Positions 7,849 through 17,871 of a stretch of DNA of 40,057 nucleotides are shown here, in pieces. Numbering within the stretch: the first letter of the stretch is position 1; each line of letters begins with the position of its first letter. This DNA is from Gemmatimonadota bacterium (GTDB lineage: Bacteria > Latescibacterota > UBA2968 > UBA8231). Both the position numbers and the translations under genes were made by a program. The stretch is taken from assembly GCA_038153405.1 (NCBI GenBank), contig JAYOYH010000044.1, positions 1 through 40,057 on the forward strand, in the 5' to 3' direction. The notes under the pieces are model-generated. The model was not told the DNA's origin. It saw nothing but the letters and a program-made list of their open reading frames with translations, and ran no database searches.

Positions 7849-10377
7849 TCAGCGCCACTCGTGTTTGGGGTAGCGGCGCTTGAGCTCTTTGCGCACTTCG
7901 GGATAGGTATTTTGCCAGAAGCTTTGCACGTCGTCGGTCACCTGAACTGGGCGAAAATTGGGCCCGAGGATTTCCAGCAACAGCGGCTGCTTGCCGCCGG
8001 CGATGCGCGGCGTCTGCGCTAGGCCGTATAGTTCTTGAATTTTGGCGCGCCCGCGCGGCGGCCCTTCGGCTTGGTACTCGATCTTCATGCGCGGTCCGGC
8101 CGGCAGGCGCCAGTGGGTCGGTGCCATGTGCTCGACAAAGTGCTGCTCGCTATAGGGCAGGGCGTTTTGCACGTAGCCCAGGCAGGGACGCGTGCGGACG
8201 TGGCTGTAGCGCGTGGCGCCGGCGACAATTTCGTGGTAGATCACGCGCAGGTCGTCGTCGTCGTAGGCGATGAGCGACCGATCGGGAAAGAGGCGCTGCA
8301 CAAGGCGCGTGCGCCAGATCCACTGCTCGACGTCGCGATCCCATTTTTCTAGGCGAATGCGCTCGGCGACAATTTCCTCGACTAAGAGTTCTTCGGCGCG
8401 CGCGGCCGGCACCGCGTCCAGCGGGGTCTGGTAGAACACGAGATCGCCGTAGAGATGCTGTTCAACGCCTTCGACGGCGCGCTCGCGCGCATTCCAACGA
8501 ACCTCTTCGCCGATGGATATGCGCGCCGAGTGCACTTCTTCAAGCCACGCTGTGGAGATCGCGCTGGCCAGCGACAGAGCGGTGCGCACCTGGCTCTCGC
8601 CGCGCGCTTCGAGCTCGCGCACTTCGAGGGCGATAAAGGCGTTGGCACTGCGCGCAGCGCTGTCGCGATCGAGTTCGACGCGGCGCTGACCGCTCATGGC
8701 ACACAGGAGGTCTTCGCGTCCACCGCGGCGCAGGGCGACGCGGTCGTAAAAGGCGACGAGGAGGGCCTTGCCTAGGTCGGCACTGCGGCCGCGTCCCTTA
8801 GACAGCAGTCCGGCGCGCTGCGTGGCTTGTCGGTAGAGGCGGGCCGTTTGGCTGGCCTGGCGCGCCGCGTGGGCGTTAATGCCGCGCGCCGCGCAGGCGG
8901 CGGGGTCAAAGTGGGTTTCTTCGGCGCGCTGTAGGGCGCGTTCGCGCACTTCGATATCGGACGGTAGGTCGCCATCCATTTCGCGGTATTCGCCGCGCAC
9001 GGGTCGCTGTAAGACGTCGCGCTCGCCGATGAGAGCGGCCCAGGTGCATGCGCGCTGCAGGGCATTGCGGTCCGCTGCCTCTATGATAAAGCGGCTCAGG
9101 CGCGGATGGCAGGGCAGCTGTGCCATGGTCCGACCGGTGGAAGTTAAGGCGTGGTGAGAACTGAGGGCGCCGAGGTCGCGCAGGAGCGCGCGCGCGCGGT
9201 CAACGGCATCGCCGTCGGGTGCGTCGAGAAAGGGAAAGTGCTCGACGGCATCGACGCCGAGAGCGGCTAGCTGCAGCAGGGCATCGGCTAGGTCCAAGCG
9301 CTGAATCTCCGGCGCGTCGCGCTCCGGTCGAGCGCGCTGTTCGTCCTGCGACCACAGGCGGGTACAGGTGCCCGGCGCCGTGCGCCCGGCGCGCCCGGCG
9401 CGCTGCTCGGAAGAAGCGCGGCTGATGTTTTCTATGAGCAGGGCGTCAATGCCGCGGCGCGGGTCGTGCCGGTGTACGCGCGCCAGACCGCTGTCGATGA
9501 CGTGGCGAATGCCCTCAATAGTAATGGATGTTTCGGCGACGTTGGTCGAGACGATGACGCGTCGTCTCGCGCCCGGCGTCAGCGCCGCGTCTTGCTCGTC
9601 TGCAGGCAGCGCCGAGTAGAGCGGGTAGAAGGCCAGCCCTTCGCGGCCATCGACCTGCTCCTGCATGCACTGAATGGTGCGGCGTATTTCATACGACCCG
9701 GGCATAAAAACAAGAACATCGCCCTCTCCTTCGCTTTGTAGCAGCTCTTTGAGTGCGTCTGTGGCCGCCTGCCACGGTGCGGTGTGGGGGCCTGCTGGTC
9801 GGTAGCGCATATCGACCGGATAGGTCCGTCCTTCGGCGCTGAGCACCGGGCAGCTGAGCCAGTTAGAAAGGGCACTGGCGTCCAACGTGGCCGACATGGG
9901 GACGAGCAGTAGGTCTGGTCGGCTGGCCTCCTGCAGCTGGCGCACCAGCCCTAGGCTCATGTCGGCGGCCAGGCTGCGCTCGTGAAACTCGTCGAGCAGC
10001 ACGGCGCCCACGCGCTGGAGTTGTGGGTCGCTCTGCAGTCGGCGCAGGAAGAGCCCTTCAGTGAGAAAGAGAATGCGCGTTTTGGAGCTGATCTGCTGGT
10101 CGTGGCGCGTCTGATAGCCGACGAGGCCACCAAGGGGAACGCCGCGCTCCTCGGCGATGCGGCGCGCCACTAGTCGCGCGGCCAGTCGGCGCGGCTGCAG
10201 CACGACGATCTCGCCGTCGATGAGCTGGCTGTCGAATAGAATCTGCGGCACCTGCGTCGTCTTGCCCGAGCCGGTGGGAGCCGTCAGCACTAGGCGATTG
10301 CCCGTGCGCACGTGCTGGCACAGCGACGCGGCGACGCGGCGCACGGGCAGCGTGGTGTGATCTGTGCTGCTATTCAC
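7849..10377 (-). CDS. hrpB: ATP-dependent RNA helicase HrpB
   Basis: Motifs APTGSGKTT, QPRRLAAR, DEFHER, MSAT, STNVAETSITI, QRAGRAGR, and the HrpB C-terminus RPVQVT..FW...YPEVRKELKRRYPKHEW. Confidence 0.95.
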   Translation of the reverse strand: MNSSTDHTTLPVRRVAASLCQHVRTGNRLVLTAPTGSGKTTQVPQILFDSQLIDGEIVVLQPRRLAARLVARRIAEERGVPLGGLVGYQTRHDQQISSKTRILFLTEGLFLRRLQSDPQLQRVGAVLLDEFHERSLAADMSLGLVRQLQEASRPDLLLVPMSATLDASALSNWLSCPVLSAEGRTYPVDMRYRPAGPHTAPWQAATDALKELLQSEGEGDVLVFMPGSYEIRRTIQCMQEQVDGREGLAFYPLYSALPADEQDAALTPGARRRVIVSTNVAETSITIEGIRHVIDSGLARVHRHDPRRGIDALLIENISRASSEQRAGRAGRTAPGTCTRLWSQDEQRARPERDAPEIQRLDLADALLQLAALGVDAVEHFPFLDAPDGDAVDRARALLRDLGALSSHHALTSTGRTMAQLPCHPRLSRFIIEAADRNALQRACTWAALIGERDVLQRPVRGEYREMDGDLPSDIEVRERALQRAEETHFDPAACAARGINAHAARQASQTARLYRQATQRAGLLSKGRGRSADLGKALLVAFYDRVALRRGGREDLLCAMSGQRRVELDRDSAARSANAFIALEVRELEARGESQVRTALSLASAISTAWLEEVHSARISIGEEVRWNARERAVEGVEQHLYGDLVFYQTPLDAVPAARAEELLVEEIVAERIRLEKWDRDVEQWIWRTRLVQRLFPDRSLIAYDDDDLRVIYHEIVAGATRYSHVRTRPCLGYVQNALPYSEQHFVEHMAPTHWRLPAGPRMKIEYQAEGPPRGRAKIQELYGLAQTPRIAGGKQPLLLEILGPNFRPVQVTDDVQSFWQNTYPEVRKELKRRYPKHEWR

Positions 10378-10471
10378 GGTCGGCTCTCAAAAGATTCTGT
10401 TTGGGTGCTGTAGTGCAGTAAGGAGGCCGGAGGGGGACGCCATAGCGTCTCGCCGAGTTGGGCTTCGGGGG

Positions 10472-10500
10472 AATGTAGGTATGGCAAAAGAGCCGGGCAA
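10472..10500 (-). promoter_or_regulatory. Sigma70-type promoter candidate for hrpB
   Basis: TTGCCC-N17-TACATT on the minus strand, about 95 nt upstream of the start. Confidence 0.4.
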
Positions 10501-10505
10501 CGCTA

Positions 10506-11144
10506 TCACCCGGTTGACGGGCCTACGGCAAGGAGCAGTCGCAGCGCCAGCGCGGCCAATACGCAGGCGGCCAGCGCGTTGACCGTGCGCTGGGCGCCCG
10601 GCATACGGCGTAAGTGCTCGCCGAGGGTGCCGGCCAGCACGGCGATGCCGCCGAATACGAGCAGCGTGGCCGCGATAAAGACGGCGCCGAGCGCGGCGAC
10701 CTGCCCGGTCAGAGCGCCGCGTTCAGGATCGGCAAACTGCGGCAAGAAGGCGAGGAAGAACAGCGATACTTTGGGGTTGGTCACGTTCATGACGATGCCG
10801 CGGCGATAGAGGGTAAAGCGGCTGAGAACGCTGCTGCGTGCGGTCGGCAGCGGCTGTGCGGCCGCACGCCAAGCGCCCCAGGCCAGGTAGAGTAGATAGA
10901 ATGCGCCAATGGATTGCACGATGTGCAGCGCTAGGGGAGCGGCTTGCAGGATGGCTGCCAGCCCTAGGGCCACGGCACTCGTGTGGATGAGCAAACCGCT
11001 GCACAGTCCCAGCGTGATGGCGATGCCGGCCGCGCGCCCATGCTGTGCAGATTGGGTCAAGACAAAGAGATTGTCCGGCCCCGGCGCCAGCGCGAGGGCA
11101 ATGGAAGCGGCAAAGAAAGGCAGCAGAACGTCGGGGGAGATCAC
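10506..11144 (-). CDS. LysE/RhtB family translocator
   Basis: Motifs APGPDNLFV, GAFYLLYLAW, NVTNPKVSLFFLAFLPQF; hydrophobic throughout. Confidence 0.93.
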   Translation of the reverse strand: MISPDVLLPFFAASIALALAPGPDNLFVLTQSAQHGRAAGIAITLGLCSGLLIHTSAVALGLAAILQAAPLALHIVQSIGAFYLLYLAWGAWRAAAQPLPTARSSVLSRFTLYRRGIVMNVTNPKVSLFFLAFLPQFADPERGALTGQVAALGAVFIAATLLVFGGIAVLAGTLGEHLRRMPGAQRTVNALAACVLAALALRLLLAVGPSTG

Positions 11145-11207
11145 GGCGTGCTAAAGCCGCGGCGTCCATCTGCGCAGCCTGGTAAACGGCGCGTCCGTTG
11201 GCCAGGG

Positions 11208-12323
11208 CTATGGCTTGCCAAGCGCGTCGATGGCCCCCTGGCCAATGGTTTCGTAGGCCGTATCGCCGTTGGGTGGGTGCATGTGGCCGGCGCGCGCGTC
11301 GCGAAAGAGGCGCTCCAGGGGCAGGCTGCGACTGAGACCGGCGGCGCCGGCAATGCGAATGCACTGATCCGTAACGGCGTTGGCCACTTCGACGGCAAAT
11401 TGCTTGGCGGCGGCTACGCGCGCGGCCGCCGCGTTCTCGTCTTCAGCCACTTCCAAGAGCAGGGCGCGGGCCGCCATCAGCTGCATATCGACTTCGCCGA
11501 TAAGCCGCTGAATCTTGGGCAGGGTGGCAATGCTCTTGCCCAGCGCTTTGGGAACGCGCTCCAACGCGTAGCGCACGACGGCGTCGCGTGCGGCCAGGCC
11601 TGCTCCCAAATAGGGCGTGGCAAAGAGCATGGGCGCCCAGGGCACAAAGCGCTGCGGTGCTCCATCGCGCGCGGCCAGATTGTCGAACGGCACGCGGACG
11701 TCGCGAAAAAAAACATCGTGGTTGTCGGCCGCGCGCAGGGACAGCGCATCGCGCCAGGCTTCGACGACTTCAATGCCGCTGCGACTGTTCTCGATTAGCA
11801 CGTTGGTCGGCTTGTCGTCGAGCGTGACGCCGACGATCATATGGGTCAGGTGCGCGCCGCCGGTGCTCCAAACTTTGCGGCCATTGACGATATAGCCATC
11901 GTCTGTGCGGGTCGCCGTGGTGGCGAAAAAGCGGCCGCGCGAGGGGCTGCCAATCTCCGGCTCGGAGGCCAGCGAGTTGATGAGCATATCGCCGGCTACG
12001 GCTTCGCGACACAGGCGCTGATAGAGTGCTTCGGGCCACGGCCGGGTCATGCGCGCTCCGCCCATGACCTGCAGCTGCATGGCGGCCACTAGTGCAGTAG
12101 AACAGCTGCCTTTGGCCAGTTCGAGCTGTGCTTCGACGCAGGTGCGCAACGGCAGGTCGGGGCCTCCGTACTGGCGCGGAATATTCATGGCAAGGTAGCC
12201 AGATTTTTTGAGCGCCCCCACGTCTTCTGCCGGTAGCGTGCCCGTGCGGTCGGCTTCTTCGGCGCGGGAGGCAAACTGCTCGGCCAGTGCGCGCGCTAGC
12301 GCTATGACATCGGCGTGCTGCAT
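11208..12323 (-). CDS. Acyl-CoA dehydrogenase superfamily protein (YdbM/flavin monooxygenase-like)
   Basis: Motifs IPRQYGG, LASEPEIGSPSRG, NGRKVWSTG, LERLFRDARAGHMHPP. Start MQHAD at 12323 with GGAGA RBS. Confidence 0.85.
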   Translation of the reverse strand: MQHADVIALARALAEQFASRAEEADRTGTLPAEDVGALKKSGYLAMNIPRQYGGPDLPLRTCVEAQLELAKGSCSTALVAAMQLQVMGGARMTRPWPEALYQRLCREAVAGDMLINSLASEPEIGSPSRGRFFATTATRTDDGYIVNGRKVWSTGGAHLTHMIVGVTLDDKPTNVLIENSRSGIEVVEAWRDALSLRAADNHDVFFRDVRVPFDNLAARDGAPQRFVPWAPMLFATPYLGAGLAARDAVVRYALERVPKALGKSIATLPKIQRLIGEVDMQLMAARALLLEVAEDENAAAARVAAAKQFAVEVANAVTDQCIRIAGAAGLSRSLPLERLFRDARAGHMHPPNGDTAYETIGQGAIDALGKP

Positions 12324-12511
12324 GCTGTCTCCGATGAAGTGAAATGGGAAGGAGATACGATAGTCCGGCGCTGTGCTTTCGGCAAGCGGATAGGCGTTGG
12401 GCGCCGCGTTCGTTTGCGGCAAAAGTTGTTTTGCCTTATCCGTTTGGTATACTCCCACCAGCTGTGTGCTCTGCACAGGAGCGTGCATTTATCCATCGCT
12501 GAGGATTCTTT

Positions 12512-15367
12512 ATGAAGAGCCTGTATATAGCGGCAATCGCCGCTCTCTCTCTACAACACTGCGCAACGGCACCACCGCCACAGCCCGCTCCTATAGCCGA
12601 GTACAGCGGGGCACTTGCCCAGAAATTATCCGTCGATTCGCTGGTGACTACCGGCGTGCTCGACAACGGTTTTCGCTACGTCATTCGCCAAAATGCCAAA
12701 CCGGAAAACCGCGCCGAACTGCGCTTGGTCGTCAACGTCGGTTCGGTGTTAGAGGACGAAGACCAGCAGGGCTTGGCGCACTTTGCAGAGCACATGGCGT
12801 TTAACGGCACGGAGCACTTTGACAAGCAGGAGCTGGTAGACTATCTCGAGGGCATCGGCATGCGCTTTGGACCCGATCTGAACGCCTATACGAGCTTTGA
12901 TGAGACGGTGTATATGCTGCAGATACCCATGGACAGCACAGAAGTCATAGAGACGGCGTTTCAAATCTTAGAAGATTGGGCGCACAACGTGCGTTTTGAA
13001 GGGGAAGAAATCGAAAAGGAGCGCGGCGTCGTCATTGAGGAATGGCGTTTGGGGCGCGGTGCCGAGCGGCGCATGTTCGATCAGCAGGTCCCGGTTCTGC
13101 TGCGGGATTCGCGCTATGCCGAACGCATTCCGATCGGCCAAAAGGCGGTGCTCGAGACCTTTGACCACGCGGCCCTGCGACGTTTTTACGAAACGTGGTA
13201 TCGCCCCGATCTAATGGGCTTTGTCGCAGTGGGTGACTTTGAGAAGTCATATATGGAGTCGTTGGCTAAGGCGTACTTTTCGCGCCTGCCGGTGGCCAAA
13301 GACGCGCGCCCCCGCGCCCAGTTTCCCGTGCCCGACCACGAGGAGACGCTCTTTGCCATCGCCTCCGATCCCGAGGCGACGCAGAACATCGTCAGCATCT
13401 ACACCAAGCAGGATGTGCGCGACGGCAGCACCGTTGGTGCCTATCGCCGCTCCATTGTTGAGCGCCTCTATCACAGCATGCTCAACCAGCGCCTTGCCGA
13501 GTTGACGCGCCTGCCGGAACCGCCCTTTCTCGGCGCCGGCTCTGGACAGGGCCGCTGGTTGCGCACAAAAGAGTTTGTCTCGCTGGGCGCGGCCGTGGAG
13601 AACAACGGCTTTGAGCCCGGTCTCGAAGCACTGCTGACCGAGGCCGAGCGCGTTCGTCAGCATGGTTTTACTCAGGCCGAACTCAGCCGCACCAAGAAGG
13701 AAATGCTGCGCGGCATGGAGCAGTCCTATCGCGAGCGCGACAAGCAGCCGTCGCGCAATTTTGCCGGCGAGTACGTGCGGCACCTGCTCATAGACGAGGC
13801 GATACCGGGTCTGGCCGAGGAATACGCGCTGTACCAGCAGCACGTGCCGACCATTTCGCTGGAGGATGTCAACGCGCTGGCCAGCGAGTGGAACAGCGGC
13901 CGCAACCGCGTTATCACCGTGGACGCACCGGAGAGCGCGGGCGTGCGCGTGCCGACACAAGCTGAGCTACTGGCGGTGTTTGCGCGCGTGGAGTCCCGCC
14001 AGGTAGAGCCCTACCGCGAAGACGTTTCGGACGCGCCGCTGGTAGACAATCTGCCGCCGCCGGGCCAGATCGCCGCGCGCGATTCCATACCCGAATTGGG
14101 CGTAGCGCTGTGGACGCTGAGCAACGGCGTGCGCCTGCAGCTCAAGGCGACGGACTTTAAAAACGACGAAATCCTGTTTTCGTCGCACAGCCCCGGCGGC
14201 CATTCGCTGGTGGAGGATGCCGACTATATTGCGGCGGCAACGGCTGCCTCCGTCGTGCGCGAGGGCGGCGTTGGCGCGTTTGATCAGATTGAGTTAGAAA
14301 AGAAACTGGCCGGCAAGGTAGTGGGCGTTTCACCGTCGATCGGCACTCTGCAGGAGGGCCTTTCGGGTTCGGCTTCGCCGCAAGACCTGCAGACCATGTT
14401 TGAATTGATCTACGCCTATTTTACCGCGCCGCGTGCCGACAGCACGGCTTTTCAGGCGCTGAAAAAGCGCATTGGGGGATCGATTCAGAACCGCAATGCG
14501 CGTCCCGAAACGGCCTTCGGCGATACCATACAGGTGACGATGTCATCGCACCATCACAGGGCGCGGCCATGGTCCATGGAGTTGCTCGATGAAATGGATA
14601 TGGAGAAGTCGCTGCAGATTTACCGCGCGCGCTTTGCCGATGCCGGCGATTTCACTTTTACCTTTGTCGGCAATTTTGACCTGGAGCAGATGGAGTTGCT
14701 CGCCTGTGCCTATCTGGCTACGCTGCCCACTGCGGGGCGCGAGGAGACGTGGCGCGATATCGACATGCGCGGCCCTGAAGGCGTGGTCGAGAAACTCGTC
14801 TACGCCGGCATCGAGCCCAAGAGCACGTCGCGCATCGTGTTTAGCGGCCCCTTCGAGTTTGACGGCTGGGAAAACAACTTCGCTATTGATGCGATGGCCG
14901 CCGTGCTGCAGATCAAGCTGCGCGAGGTGCTGCGCGAGGATTTGGGAGGCACCTATGGAGTGGGCGTCAGCGCCAGTCTCGAGCACTTCCCGCGCGAGGA
15001 GTACAGCGTCAACATTGGCTTTAGCAGCGATCCCGATCGCACCGACGAGCTGACGCGCGTCGTCTTTGAGCAAATCGATAGCCTCAAGGCGGTGGGGACT
15101 ACGCAGGTCTACGTCGACAAGGTGAAGGAAATGCGCAGGCGTGCGCGCGAAGTCGATCTGAAGGAAAACGGTTTCTGGCGCGGGGCGCTGCAGGGCTTTG
15201 ATATTGATGGCACCGATCCGCTCCAGCTGCTGCGCTACGAAGAGTTGGTCAGTGGCTTGACGCCGGATAAGGTGCAGCGTGCGGCGCAGCAGTACTTCAA
15301 CACCGAGCGCTACGCGCGTTTTGTGCTCTATCCGCGCAGCTACTACGGCGAGTTAGGGGTCGACTGA
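12512..15367 (+). CDS. M16 (insulinase/PqqL-like) zinc protease, exported, probable lipoprotein
   Basis: Inverted zinc motif HFAEH, NAYTSFDETVY, LREDLGGTYG. N-terminal signal ends LQHC and is followed by a Pro-rich linker. Confidence 0.93.
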   Translation: MKSLYIAAIAALSLQHCATAPPPQPAPIAEYSGALAQKLSVDSLVTTGVLDNGFRYVIRQNAKPENRAELRLVVNVGSVLEDEDQQGLAHFAEHMAFNGTEHFDKQELVDYLEGIGMRFGPDLNAYTSFDETVYMLQIPMDSTEVIETAFQILEDWAHNVRFEGEEIEKERGVVIEEWRLGRGAERRMFDQQVPVLLRDSRYAERIPIGQKAVLETFDHAALRRFYETWYRPDLMGFVAVGDFEKSYMESLAKAYFSRLPVAKDARPRAQFPVPDHEETLFAIASDPEATQNIVSIYTKQDVRDGSTVGAYRRSIVERLYHSMLNQRLAELTRLPEPPFLGAGSGQGRWLRTKEFVSLGAAVENNGFEPGLEALLTEAERVRQHGFTQAELSRTKKEMLRGMEQSYRERDKQPSRNFAGEYVRHLLIDEAIPGLAEEYALYQQHVPTISLEDVNALASEWNSGRNRVITVDAPESAGVRVPTQAELLAVFARVESRQVEPYREDVSDAPLVDNLPPPGQIAARDSIPELGVALWTLSNGVRLQLKATDFKNDEILFSSHSPGGHSLVEDADYIAAATAASVVREGGVGAFDQIELEKKLAGKVVGVSPSIGTLQEGLSGSASPQDLQTMFELIYAYFTAPRADSTAFQALKKRIGGSIQNRNARPETAFGDTIQVTMSSHHHRARPWSMELLDEMDMEKSLQIYRARFADAGDFTFTFVGNFDLEQMELLACAYLATLPTAGREETWRDIDMRGPEGVVEKLVYAGIEPKSTSRIVFSGPFEFDGWENNFAIDAMAAVLQIKLREVLREDLGGTYGVGVSASLEHFPREEYSVNIGFSSDPDRTDELTRVVFEQIDSLKAVGTTQVYVDKVKEMRRRAREVDLKENGFWRGALQGFDIDGTDPLQLLRYEELVSGLTPDKVQRAAQQYFNTERYARFVLYPRSYYGELGVD

Positions 15368-15832
15368 AGTCCGGTGAAGTCCGACGCGCGGTCGGTATGC
15401 TGCGTGGCCGCGCTGCCGATTGATGCGCTTGGCCGAGCGGTAGGCGTCGATTGTGGTCCAAGCCCAGGAAGCCATGTAGACGGCTAGGGCGATATTGGCC
15501 GTCTTGTCGTCGACGGCGGTTTGCCATGTGCCGATGCTCACCTGGCCAATACCAAAGAAGAACAGCCCTTTTCCCACGTCGCCGTTGTAGATTTGGCCCA
15601 GCCCCTGGACCGATAGCAAGGGCGGTGCAGCGGCCAGTAAAACGGAGATGGCTGGGTCCTTGCGGGCGGACTTGGAAAAAATGGTATCGAGCATATCGTC
15701 GAGAGGGTTTTGATGCAGCGGCGATTCGGCGTGGACTGCGCTGAGCAGGCAGAGCGAAACGAGCAGAGTAGTGCGCCAGCAGCCGGTGCAGGGATGGGGC
15801 GTGCGGAGTAGCATAGAGGAGAGGGTACGCAA
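15353..15832 (-). CDS. Hypothetical membrane protein with a TM2-like KxP..GLGQIYNG..KG motif
   Basis: Signal-like N-terminus, KDPAISVLL..QGLGQIYNGDVGKGLFFF, and WTTIDAYRSAKRIN. Start codon uncertain. Confidence 0.6.
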   Translation of the reverse strand: MRTLSSMLLRTPHPCTGCWRTTLLVSLCLLSAVHAESPLHQNPLDDMLDTIFSKSARKDPAISVLLAAAPPLLSVQGLGQIYNGDVGKGLFFFGIGQVSIGTWQTAVDDKTANIALAVYMASWAWTTIDAYRSAKRINRQRGHAAYRPRVGLHRTSVDP

Positions 15833-15858
15833 TAGAGGAGTGCTTTCCCAGAGAGCAT

Positions 15859-15910
15859 TTACGCAGAGCGCCCCACGCCGCAGTCTGACGGTGTGGGGCG
15901 CTCTGCGTAA
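15859..15910 (-). terminator. Long hairpin downstream of amt (terminator or mRNA-stabilising/REP-like element)
   Basis: TTACGCAGAGCGCCCCACGCCG-cagtctga-CGGTGTGGGGCGCTCTGCGTAA: 22-bp stem with one imperfect pair; no U-tract. Confidence 0.6.
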
Positions 15911-15925
15911 GGTCGTGCGCGAGGC

Positions 15926-17221
15926 TCAGATATCGTAGCCGACCTCGCCGTGTTCGCCTAGGTCGAGGCCGTTTGTCTCAACTTCCTCGTCGACGCGTAA
16001 GCCGATGGCCGCGTCAATGATCTTGAGCAAGATATAGGAGATGATCAGCGTGTAGACGGCCGTCCCCACCGCGGCGATGAGCTGTGCGCTGAGCTGGCCC
16101 ATCATGTCGAGTCCGTCCTCGGTGCCGCCCAGAGCCGACGAGGCGAAAAAGGACACGAGGATCGTGCCGACCAATCCGCCAAATCCGTGCACGCCCACCA
16201 CGTCGAGCGCATCGTCGTAGCCGGCGGTGCGCTTGAGCCAGGTGGCGGCCCAGTAGGCGACTAGCGAAGAGACAATGCCGATTACAACGGCTCCCAGAGG
16301 ACCGACCCAGCCGGATGCAGGCGTTATGGCCGCCAGGCCGGCAATTGCGCCGGTGGCAAAACCAAGTGCGCTGGGCTTGCCGTTTTTAATCCACTCTATG
16401 AAGATCCACACCAGCGCCGCAACGCTCGGCGATATCTGCGTTACGACGACGGCCATGGCGGCCTGTCCGTTGGCCGCCAGCGCGCTGCCGCCGTTAAATC
16501 CAAACCAGCCAACCCAGAGCATGGCCGTGCCGATGAGGTTCATGGTCATATTGTGCGGCGGCATGGGACGCTCGGGATAGCCGCGCCGCTTGCCCACCAG
16601 GATGGCGGCAACCAGTGCCGCCGAGCCGGCCGTGATGTGAACGACGATCCCGCCGGCAAAGTCCTTGACACCCATGGCGCCAAAATAACCGCCTTCGCCC
16701 CAGACCATATGCGTGATCGGCAGGTAGACGGCGATGCACCACAGGCCGCTAAACCACAGCACGGCGGAAAACTTCATGCGCTCGGCAAAGGCGCCCACGA
16801 TTAGACCCGGTGTGATAATGGCGAACGTTAGCTGGAATACGAAAAAAACCAGCTCGGGAATAGTTCCGGAGAGCTGGTCGCCGCTGACGCCGCTGAGCAG
16901 TGCTTTGGAGAGGTCGCCGAGAAAGGGGTTGCCGCCTGAGAAGGCTAGGCTGTAGCCGAAGACGGTCCAGATCACGGTCACTACGGCCGTGATGCCAAAG
17001 CAGTGCATGAAAACCGACAGAACATTGCGCGTTTGCACTAGGCCGGCATAGAACATAGCCAGGCCGGGAATCATCATAAATAGCACGAGCCCAGTAGAGA
17101 TGAGTATCCACGCGGTATCACCCGCGTTGAGACCTTCCTGTGCCAGGGCGCTGTCGGGCAGTAGGAAGACCGCAGCGAGGACCGCGATCACTGCGCCGGC
17201 TGACAACCGTTGAAACAGCAT
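15926..17221 (-). CDS. amtB: Ammonium transporter
   Basis: Motifs GDTAW, PGLAMFYAG, AFAERMKF, DFAGGIVVH, LWVGWFGFNGGS, DDALDVVGVHG, GLDLGEHGE; twin His present; GGAGG RBS. Confidence 0.96.
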   Translation of the reverse strand: MLFQRLSAGAVIAVLAAVFLLPDSALAQEGLNAGDTAWILISTGLVLFMMIPGLAMFYAGLVQTRNVLSVFMHCFGITAVVTVIWTVFGYSLAFSGGNPFLGDLSKALLSGVSGDQLSGTIPELVFFVFQLTFAIITPGLIVGAFAERMKFSAVLWFSGLWCIAVYLPITHMVWGEGGYFGAMGVKDFAGGIVVHITAGSAALVAAILVGKRRGYPERPMPPHNMTMNLIGTAMLWVGWFGFNGGSALAANGQAAMAVVVTQISPSVAALVWIFIEWIKNGKPSALGFATGAIAGLAAITPASGWVGPLGAVVIGIVSSLVAYWAATWLKRTAGYDDALDVVGVHGFGGLVGTILVSFFASSALGGTEDGLDMMGQLSAQLIAAVGTAVYTLIISYILLKIIDAAIGLRVDEEVETNGLDLGEHGEVGYDI

Positions 17222-17292
17222 GTATCGTTCCCTCCCTCAATCGTTGAGACCAAGACGCGTTTGGCACGCGCCGTGCGGTAGGTAGTTTCGCA

Positions 17293-17315
17293 GCGATATT
17301 TTGCAGAAATATCGC
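17293..17315. promoter_or_regulatory. Inverted repeat upstream of amt, candidate operator
   Basis: GCGATATTT-tgcag-AAATATCGC, with perfect 9-bp arms. Confidence 0.4.
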
Positions 17316-17388
17316 GCAAATACCCACCAATAGATACTGAAAAACTGTGGCAAACCCAAATAAATTGTCGCAGCATGTGCGGCGTTGG

Positions 17389-17871
17389 TTATGCGGAGCA
17401 CATCTCTTCGCCCAGCAAGATATGGCGCATGCTCTGCTGGCGATAGGTAAAGATGCGTTTTAACTGCCAGCGCACAGGGGGCACAGCGATCTGTCCGAGG
17501 GGCCACAGCGGCAGGCGGTAGAGCACGCGATCGGTCACGTGCGTTCCATCGCAGGTAGCCGCGAAAGTGTGCGTGTGGTGCCAGAGGGCGTAGGGGCCCA
17601 CGACCTGCTCATCGACGAAGACGTGCGGTGGCTCCCAGCGCGATATGAGCGAGCGCCAGCCAAAAGGTAGGCCAAATAGACGGAGGCGATAGTCTATTTG
17701 CGTACCTAGAGCAATGTCGATTGGCGTGGGACTGACGATGCGGAAGCGCAGTTCGGGTGGCGTGATGCGCTCTAAATTTTCGGCGGCGGCAAAAAAGGAA
17801 AAGACTTCGTCGATACCCAGCGGCAGCGTGCAGGTCGTTTCCAGCACCTGCGTGCCCCTGTTAACGGCCAT
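17389..17871 (-). CDS. SRPBCC family protein
   Basis: Motifs VFSFFAAAENLERITPP, FVDEQVVGPYALWHHTHTF, IFTYR. Start MAVNR overlaps the upstream gene end. Confidence 0.85.
   Translation of the reverse strand: MAVNRGTQVLETTCTLPLGIDEVFSFFAAAENLERITPPELRFRIVSPTPIDIALGTQIDYRLRLFGLPFGWRSLISRWEPPHVFVDEQVVGPYALWHHTHTFAATCDGTHVTDRVLYRLPLWPLGQIAVPPVRWQLKRIFTYRQQSMRHILLGEEMCSA

Noticed and set aside
15365..15383. TGAAGTCCG tandem repeat at the convergent gene junction
   Set aside because: Only two 9-nt copies and no associated element.
17262..17276. Sigma54-like TGGCACG-N4-GTGC near amt
   Set aside because: The spacing is correct but it lies on the plus strand, pointing away from amt; the minus strand lacks the GG.
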